From Macrostomum lignano (lineage: Eukaryota), in NCBI GenBank assembly GCA_002269645.1, contig NIVC01000209.1, positions 1 through 64,000 on the forward strand: a stretch of 64,000 nt of DNA, in the 5' to 3' direction. A model generated the notes under the pieces. It saw only the letters and a list, made by a program, of their open reading frames with translations, was not told the DNA's origin and ran no database searches. A program made the position numbers and the translations under genes. The stretch's first letter is position 1, and each line of letters starts with the position of its first letter. This document shows positions 55,660 through 64,000 of this stretch, in pieces.

Positions 55660-57250
55660 CCTGTCTTATCTCTATCTACCCCTTATCTCACCTGTCTTAT
55701 CTCTATCAAACCATTATCCCTCACCTGTCTTATCTCTATCAAACCATTATCTCTCACCTGTCTTATCTCTATCCACCCCTTATCTAACCTGTCTTATCTC
55801 TATCCACCCCTTATCTAACCTGTCTTATCTCCTTCCACCCCTTATCTAACCTGTCTTATCTCTATCCACCCCTTATCTAACCTGTCTTATCTCTATCCAC
55901 CCCTTATCTAACCTGTCTTATCTCTGTCCACCCCTTATCTAACCTGTCTTATCTCTGTCCACCCCTTATCTAACCTGTCTTATCTCTATCCACCCCTTAT
56001 CTAACCTGTCTTATCTCTACCCACCCCTTATCTAACCTGTCTTATCTCTGTCCACCCCTTATCTAACCTGTCTTATCTCTATCCACCCCTTATCTCACCT
56101 GTGTTATTTCTATCCCCCCTTATCTCTCACCTGTGTTATCTCTATCCACCCCTTATCTCAGCTGTCTCCTCTCTATCCACCCCTTATCTCACCTGTCTCA
56201 TCTCTATCCACCCCTTATCTAACCTGTCTTATCTCTATCCACCCTTTATCTAACCTGTCTTATCTCTATCCACCCCTTATCTCACCTGTCTCATCTCTAT
56301 CCTCCCCTTATCTCACCTGTCTCATCTCTATCCTCCCCTTAACTCACCTGTCTCATCTCTATCCACCCCTTATCTAACCTGTCTTATCTCTATCCACCAC
56401 TTATCTCACCTGTCTCATCTCTATCCACCCCTTATCTAACCTGTCTTATCTCTATCCACCCTTTATCTAACCTGTCTTATCTCTATCCACCCCTTATCTA
56501 ACCTGTCTTATCTCTATCCACCCCTTATCTCTCACCTGTCTTATCTCCATACACCCCTTATCTCTCACCTGTCTTATCTCTATCCACCCCTTATCTCTCA
56601 GCTGTCTTATCTCTATCTACCCCTTATCTCTCACCTGTCTTATCTCTATCCACCCCTTATCTCACCTGTGTTATTTCTATCCCCCCTTATCTCTCACCTG
56701 TGTTATCTCTATCCACCCCTTATCTCTCAGCTGTCTTATCTCTATCCACCCCTTATCTAACCTGTCTTATCTCTATCCACCCCTTATCTAACCTGTCTTA
56801 TCTCTATCAACCCCTTATCTCTCACCTGTCTTATCTCTATACACCCCTTATCTCTCACCTGTCTTATCTCCATACACCCCTTATCTCTCACCTGTCTTAT
56901 CTCTATCCACCCCTTATCTCACCTGTGTTATTTCTATCCCCCCTTATCTCTCACCTGTGTTATCTCTATCCACCCCTTATCTCTCAGCTGTCTTATCTCT
57001 ATCCACCCCTTATCTCACCTGGCTCATTTCTATCCACCCCTTGCCTCTCACCTGTCTTATCTCTATCCTCCCCTTATCTCACCTGTCTCATCTCTATCCA
57101 CCCCTTATCTAACCTGTCTTATCTCTATCCACCCCTTATCTAACCTGTCTTATCTCTATCCACCCTTTATCTAACCTGTCTTATCTCTATCCACCTTTTA
57201 TCTAACCTGTCTTATCTCTATCCACCCTTGTCTCTCACCTGTCTTATCTC
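55660..57250. repeat. Minisatellite, ~31-bp unit (TATCTCTATCCACCCCTTATCTAACCTGTCT)
   Basis: About 50 copies between the SLC26 paralogue 3 start and the ABC transporter 3' end. Confidence 0.95.
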
Positions 57251-57759
57251 TATTTCCCATTTTCCTCTCTCCTCATAAAAAAATCTCCTAACTGTAGCGG
57301 AGTGCATAATAATTGATAAATAAATGCAACAATTTAAGTTGCAGAAACCAGTTTCTAAATTGAATTAGTTAATAATAAAGTTGAAGCACAACATATTTCT
57401 ATTTTTGAATATGAATTGATATATCAAACTAAAATTTAATAGAAAGATAATTTTATAATCATTTTTTTCTACAAACAGAAACAATGAAAAATGCTTTATT
57501 ACGAGCGTAGTTCAATTAAACTAATTAATAAACTAAACTATATTTCGGTGACCTTAGCATAAATCAACACAAAAAATAACTATGGCACTTGAGTTGTCAT
57601 TCAGACAACCGGAAATGCTTTTACAATTAGATAGATCTGTTTAATTAAAATACGATTACTAAACTTGCCAGTTTATCGTAAAACGCTAAAATACTACTCA
57701 CAAGTAGGCAGCAAGTATATTATTCTAGCACAGAAAAATGATTGATACATGAAAAACTG

Positions 57760-60700
57760 TCAATCGATGAGGTCAGTCTCGTGTCTTTCCACCATGGCCC
57801 AGTAGTGGCCGCGCTTCTGCAGCAGATCGCTGCGTTTGCCTTGCTGTAAAATTAATTTGTTGGAGAATCAAGATTAGTTAGATGCGTTATTACAATTACT
57901 TCATTTTTGCAGAAACTTTAGGGGATGTACCTGAGGATTGGGGGTGGAATAGGGAGAATCTACCAGAGGATTGAGGGTTGGGGACGGATCTACCTGAGGA
58001 TTGAGGGTTGGGGATGGATCTACCTGAGGATTGAGGGGTGGGGACGGATCTACCTGAGGATTGAGGGGTGGGGACGGATCTACCTGAGGATTGAGGGGTG
58101 GGGACGGATCTACCTGAGGATTGAGGGGTGGGGACGGATCTACCTGAGGATTGAGGGGTGAAGACGGATCTACCTGAGGATTGAGGGGTGGGGACGGATC
58201 TACCTGAGGATTGAGGGGTGGGGACGGATCTACCTGAGGATTGAGGGGTGGGGAAGGATCTACCTGAGGATTGAGGGGTGGGGACGGATCTACCTGAGGA
58301 TTGAGGGGTGGGGACGGATCTACCTGAGGATTAAGGGGTGGGGACGGATATACCTGAGGATTGGGGGGGGGTGGGGACGGATCTACCTGAGGATTGAGGG
58401 TTGGGGACGGATCTACCTGAGGATTGAGGGGTGGGGACGGATCTACCTGAGGATTGGGGGGGGGGACGGATCTTCCTGAGGATTGAGGGGTGGGGACGGA
58501 TCTACCTGAGGATTGGGGGGGGGGGTGGGGACGGATCTACCTGAGGATTGGAGGGGTGGGGACGGATCTACCTGAGGATTGAGGGTTGGGGACGGATCTA
58601 CCTGAGGATTGAGGGGTGGGGACGGATCTACCTGAGGATTGAGGGGTGGGGACGGTTCTACCTGAGGATTGAGGGTTGGGGACGGATCTACCTGAGGATT
58701 GAGGGGTGGGGACGGATCTACCTGAGGATTGAGGGGTGGGGACGGATCTACCTGAGGATTGAGGGGTGGGGACGGATCTACCTGAGGATTGAGGGTTGGG
58801 GACGGATCTACCTGAGGATTGAGGGGTGGGGACGGATCTACCTGAGGATTGAGGGGTGGGGACGGATCTACCTGAGGATTGAGGGGTGGGGACGGATCTA
58901 CCTGAGGATTGAGGGGTGGGGACGGATCTACCTGAGGATTGAGGGTTGGGGACGGATCTACCTGAGGATTGAGGGGTGGGGACGGTATACCTGAGGGTTG
59001 GGGGGTGGGGCGGGTATACCTGAGGGTTGGGGGTGGGGCCGGTATACCTGAGGGTTGGGGGGTGGGGACGGATATATCTGAGGATGGGGGTGGGGATATA
59101 CCTGAGAAAATAGGAGTGAAAGGCAACTCTTTTAGCAAAAAAAAATATTACTAGAATTCACACAATACTCGAAAAATAGCCAAAGCACTCGCCTCCAAAA
59201 CGCGACCGTTGCCCATGACAACCACATAGTCGGCGGATTCGATGGTGGACAATCGGTGAGCAATTACAATCACTGTGCGACCCTGCATAGCCTGTTGCAG
59301 AGCGGCCTGGACAAGCCGTTCGCTCTCCGAGTCCAGGGCGCTGGTGGCCTCGTCCAGAATCTTGAAGGGATGGAGTGGGAGGAGATGAGAGATGCTGAAA
59401 GCGAAATTTGATGCAGTTGTGTATGAAGATCGTTTGCATGAAAATAACCGGAGCAATAAATTGGCCAAAATGCTTGTTCATGTAGAGGGGAGGCTGGGAG
59501 GCCTTGGGAATTTATCTGAGAAGTTAAGGGTTCGAGGGGCAGATAAACCTGAGAACTTGGGGAAAGTGGATAGAAGGGGGCGGATCCACCTGAGGTTCAG
59601 AGAGGTGGATACACCTGAGATTCAGAGAGGTGGATCCACCTGAGGTTCAGAGAGGTGGATACACCTGAGATTCAGAGAGGTGGATACACCTGAGATTCAG
59701 AGAGGTGGATACACCTGAGGTTCAGAGAGGTGGATACACCTGAGGTTCAGAGAGGTGGATACACCTGAGGTTTAGAGAGGTGGATACACCTGAGGTTCAG
59801 AGAGGTGGATACACCTGAGATTCAGAGAGGTGGATACACCTGAGGTTCAGAGAGGTGGATACACCTGAGATTCAGAGAGGTGGATACACCTGAGGTTCAG
59901 AGAGGTGGATACACCTGAGAATCGATGATGGAGGGGCGGATCCACCTGGTAATCGAGGGGAGGGGCGGATCCACCGGAGAATCGATGGGGGAGGGGCGGA
60001 TCCACCTGGTAATCGAGGGGGAGGGGGCGGATCCACCTGAGAATCGATGGGGGAGGGGGCGGATCCACCGGAGAATTGATGGGGGAGGGGGCGGATCCAC
60101 CTGAGAATCGATGGGGGAGGGGGCGGATCCACCTGAGAATCAAAGGGGTAGGAGCGGATCCACCTGAGAATCAAAGGGGTAGGAGCGGATCCACCTGAGA
60201 ATCGATGGGGTAGGGGGCGGATCCACCGGAGAATCGATGATGGAGGGGCGGATCCACCTGGTAATCGAGGGGGAGGGGGCGGATCCACCGGAGAATCGAT
60301 GGGGGAGGGGGCGGATCCACCTGAGAATCGATGGGGGAGGGGGCGGATCCACCTGAGAATCGATGGGGGAGGGGGCGGATCTACCTGAGAATCGATGGGG
60401 AGGGGGCGGATCCACCTGAGAATCGATGGGGGAGGGGGCGGATCGACCTGAGAATCGATGGGGGAGGGGGCGGATCAACCTGAGAATCGATGGGGGAGGG
60501 GGCGGATCAACCTGAGAATCGATGGGGAGGGGGCGGATCAACCTGAGAATCGATGGGGGAGGGGCGGATCCACCTGAGAATCAATGGGGGAGGGGCGGAT
60601 CCACCTGAGAATCGATGGGGGAGGGGGCGGATCAACCTGAGAATCGATGGGGGAGGGGGCGGATCCACCTGAGAATCAATGGGGGAGGGGGCGGATCCAC

Positions 60701-63245
60701 CTGAGAATCGATGGGGGAGGGGGCGGATCCACCGGAGAGTTGATGGGGGAGGGGGCGGATCCACCTGAGAATCGATGGGGGAGGGAGCGGATCTACCTGG
60801 GAATCAAAGGGGTAGGAGCGGATCCACCTGAGAATCAAAGGGGTAGGAGCGGATCCACCTGAGAATCAAAGGGATAGGAGCGTATCCACCTGAGAATCGA
60901 TGGGGTAGGGGGCGGATCCACCGGAGAATCGATGATGGAGGGGCGGATCCACCTGAGAATCGATGGGGGAGGGGGCGGATCCACCTGAGAATCGATGGGG
61001 GAGGGGGCGGATCAACCTGAGAATCGATGGGGGAGGGGGCGGATCTACCTGAGAATCGATGGGGGAGGGGGCGGATCCACCTGAGAATCGATGGGGGAGG
61101 GGGCGGATCCACCTGAGAATCGAAGGGGTAGGGGCGGATCCACCCGAGAGAGGTACGCACCAGCAATTTGGGATCTTTGAGCAGAGCCCTGGCAATGGCG
61201 ATCCGCTGTTTCTGACCGCCGCTGACCGCCAGGCCCCGCTCGCCAACGTGCGTGTCGTAGCCGCGCGGAAACGCCTTGATAAACTTGTGCGCCTGGGCGA
61301 GGCGGGCCGCCGCTTCAACCTCGGCGTCGGTGGCCTCTGGCCGGCCGTAGCGAATGTTCTCGCGAATGGTGGCGCAGAACAGGGCGGGCTCCTGCGGGAT
61401 CAGGCCAACCAGGCGGTCGCGCACCCAGCCAGGATCGTAGGAGCGGAGATCGCGGCCGGCTAGAAGCACCCGACCGTCCGTTGGGTCGTAAAACCTGACA
61501 CAGTGGAGAGGGAGGAAAATATTGAGAATTGACTTGAGGGATAAGAAGAGCGAATACTTTAACACCCTAAGTTTTTTACACTTCTTTTAGTTAGAAAATT
61601 TAATCGATCGATACATATCGGTATACTCGCAGTGGGGAGGGATTTTTTTATATTTTGCGCGACTATTAGGCAAATTTAAGCAATAAAAACATATGCTTGG
61701 TTAACTAACGTTATACATATCGGGTTATAGAAATACAAAACAAATGCAATTAGTAGTCTTGAGTGTTTTGACACATATAGGTACATTAGTTTAGGTAGGT
61801 AGCGCTTTCATTGAAATCAAGTCAACAAAATGTTGCTGTTCATAAATAATTAAATTAAACTTTAATACTAATTTTCTATTGTTATGCTGAGTAATGAAAT
61901 GCATTTATTAAAAAAATTGTCCCAAGGATACTTGAATCAAATAGGTTTTCGATACATATCGGCACTTTAACATATAAAATCGTACTTGAAAAAAATTGGA
62001 GTTTTTATTACTTTTGATACATATCGACGCTTTGAAAAAAGGTTTCGGATATTTTTAAACCGATATTTACTAATATTTCTACTCTACATGTAAGTAGTGC
62101 ATAGCGCTAATCTGCACTTACCTGGTCAGCAGCTGGGTCACCGTACTCTTGCCCGCCCCAGACCGGCCGCACACGGCCACAACGCAGCCGCTGGGCACCG
62201 TCAGGCTGACGCCGTCCAGCACTACGGCGTCCGGCCGGCCGGGATACGCAAATCGGACATTCTCCAACCGGACAAGATCCTGTCCGGCCGATACAGGGGC
62301 CGCCAGTTCGGTCAGCAGGCCCGGACGACCACGATCGATTTCTATGCAGGGCCGACTGTCCAGCAGGCGGAATACTCGACCGCCGGCTGTGGCGCCTTTG
62401 ATTGCGTGGCCAAACAGGGGCGACAGGTTGGCGGCCGAGCGCATTGCGGTCTGCACGCCCACCAGGTAGGCCGTGAGCTCGCCGGCCGTGAGCTCGCCCC
62501 GGCCGATGCAGACGCCGCCGCCGCACAGGACTGTGAGTACTACTCCGTTCACGGCTAGGTTTGATAGGGCCTGGTAGGATTTAATAAAATAAACAGCATT
62601 TACCAAGCGAGCTTTGTATAGTTTCGCTACATATCGGATGTACTTAAGTAATTGTAGATATTTCCGATACAAATCGGCCTTCTTAATTAGCTGTCTATCG
62701 GAAGTTTTGCATACTTTCGATACATATCGGCATTTTCAATTAGATATCGACATACACTTATGTGGCTGGTTTTGCATACTTTCGATACATATCGGCATTT
62801 TCAATTAGCTAGCGACATATACTTATGTGGCTGGTTTTGCATACTTTCGATACATATCGGTATGTTTTTAAATCCATAAAAACTTCACCTGGAACAGTCC
62901 AATGCCCAGTGCCAATCGTCTGGCCAGAGCAGCAGCCTCTTCCACCTGTCCCTCGTAGAGTCGCAACTCTTCGGCCTCCATGCCGAACGCTTTGACGCTG
63001 CGCATCTGTGTCAGGGCTTCGTGCGCCACCGCGTTGGCGGCAGCTTGTTGCGCGGCGGCTCGCTTGCTCAGAGCTCGAAGCATAGAGCCGAGGCCCAAGC
63101 CGACGGCAACAACTAGGGGAATGTACAGCAGAAAAAATGCCGACAGTCTGGGCGACATGGCCACCAAATAGCCGAGGCTGCCAACTGTTTGGGTGGCGTT
63201 GCGGAGGCCCTGCGACACGGCCGACTTGAATGCGCTTTTGAAGTC
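57760..63245 (-). CDS. ABCB8: ABCB8-like mitochondrial ABC half-transporter, last five exons (5' end beyond the window)
   Basis: Exons 63245-62889, 62570-62122, 61494-61161, 59360-59193 and 57843-57760 join in frame. [15 protein letters not shown]...[14 protein letters not shown] matches ABCB8. Walker A GRSGAGKS, signature [15 protein letters not shown], Walker [12 protein letters not shown]-loop IAHRLST. Confidence 0.87.
57925..59105. repeat. G-rich intronic minisatellite, 30-bp unit (GAGGATTGAGGGGTGGGGACGGATCTACCT)
   Basis: About 38 copies in the last ABCB8 intron. Confidence 0.95.
59575..61145. repeat. Two adjacent G-rich intronic arrays: 25-bp (GAGGTTCAGAGAGGTGGATACACCT) then ~32-bp (GAGAATCGATGGGGGAGGGGGCGGATCCACCT)
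   Basis: 25-bp unit at ~59585-59915 and 32-bp unit at ~59915-61145. Both share a GGAT(C/A)(C/T)ACCTGAG core with the 30-bp array. Confidence 0.93.
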
Positions 63246-63294
63246 CTGCGATTGAATTGGAATAAACGCAGGTATAGTTGTCTTGGACCGGGAG

Positions 63295-64000
63295 ATGCAC
63301 ATTGAGGAGTAATGGGGAATCCTAAGGATCGTATGTACATTGAGGAGTAATGGGGAATCCTAAGAATCGTTATTACATTGAGGGGTAATGGGGAATCCTA
63401 AGAATCGTATGTACATTGAGGAGTAATGGGGAATCCTAAGAATCGTATGTACATTGAGGAGTAATGGGGAATCCTAAGAATCGTATGTACATTGAGGAGT
63501 AATGGGGAATCCTAAGAATCGTGTGTACATTGAGGAGTAATGGGGAATCCTAAGAATCGTATGTACATTGAGGAGTAATGGGGAATCCTAAGAATCGTAT
63601 GTACATTGAGGAGTAATGGGGAATCCTAAGAATCGTATGTACATTGAGGAGTAATGGGGAATCCTAAGAATCGTATGTACATTGAGGAGTAATGGGGAAT
63701 CCTAAGAATCGTATGTACATTGAGGAGTAATGGGGAATCCTAAGAATCGTATGTACATTGATGAGTAATGGGGAATCCTAAGAATCGTATGTACATTGAA
63801 GGGTAATGGGGAATCCTAAGAATCGTATGTACATTGAGGAGTAATGGGGAATCCTAAGTATTGTATGTACATTGAGGGGTAGTGGGGAATCCAAAGAATC
63901 GTGTGTAGATTAAGGGACAGTGGGGAATCCAAAGAATCGTGTGTACATTGAGGAGTAGTGGGAATTCAAAGAATTGTGTGTACATTGAAGGAGAGAGTAC
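63295..64000. repeat. Intronic minisatellite, 38-bp unit (GTACATTGAGGAGTAATGGGGAATCCTAAGAATCGTAT)
   Basis: About 18 copies running to the window end. Confidence 0.95.

Noticed and set aside
28879-61565. Repetitive ORFs ([61 protein letters not shown] and similar)
   Set aside because: They are translations of stop-free minisatellites, mostly inside introns, with no independent coding evidence.
21530-64000. Tandem arrays of 20-38 bp as CRISPR arrays
   Set aside because: Units are head-to-tail without unique spacers, there are no cas genes, and the context is eukaryotic and intronic.

Overview
This is eukaryotic (animal) genomic DNA; a free-living flatworm such as Macrostomum is my low-certainty guess from the minisatellite-filled introns and GC-rich, poly-Q/poly-A exons. 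Bases 394-18218 are a complete Maverick/Polinton (endogenous adintovirus-like element) with AGTAGT termini, ~117-bp TIRs and a perfect 6-bp TSD (TATGTT). It encodes the core genes (protease, major and minor capsid, integrase, packaging ATPase, protein-primed PolB), nearly all broken by small frameshifts. Its accessory set is unusual: a parvovirus-type PLA2, dUTPase, deoxynucleoside kinase, two spliced orphan genes and an intact, divergent TATA-binding-protein-like ORF. A non-canonical TATAAG(C/T)(A/T)A motif lies 34-88 nt upstream of six of its genes. The leading hypothesis is an element-encoded 'viral TBP + own late promoter' transcription module. The rest of the window is host DNA: three SLC26 anion-transporter paralogues (one intronless and lacking STAS; two sharing a probable gene-conversion tract), an intronless PH-RA-RhoGAP gene and the 3' exons of an ABCB8-like transporter. 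These are interspersed with two solo-LTR-like insertions, an LTR-like/THAP composite, a mariner remnant, a SINE, a non-LTR-type insertion and about 19 minisatellite arrays. All coordinates and alignments were made by eye.
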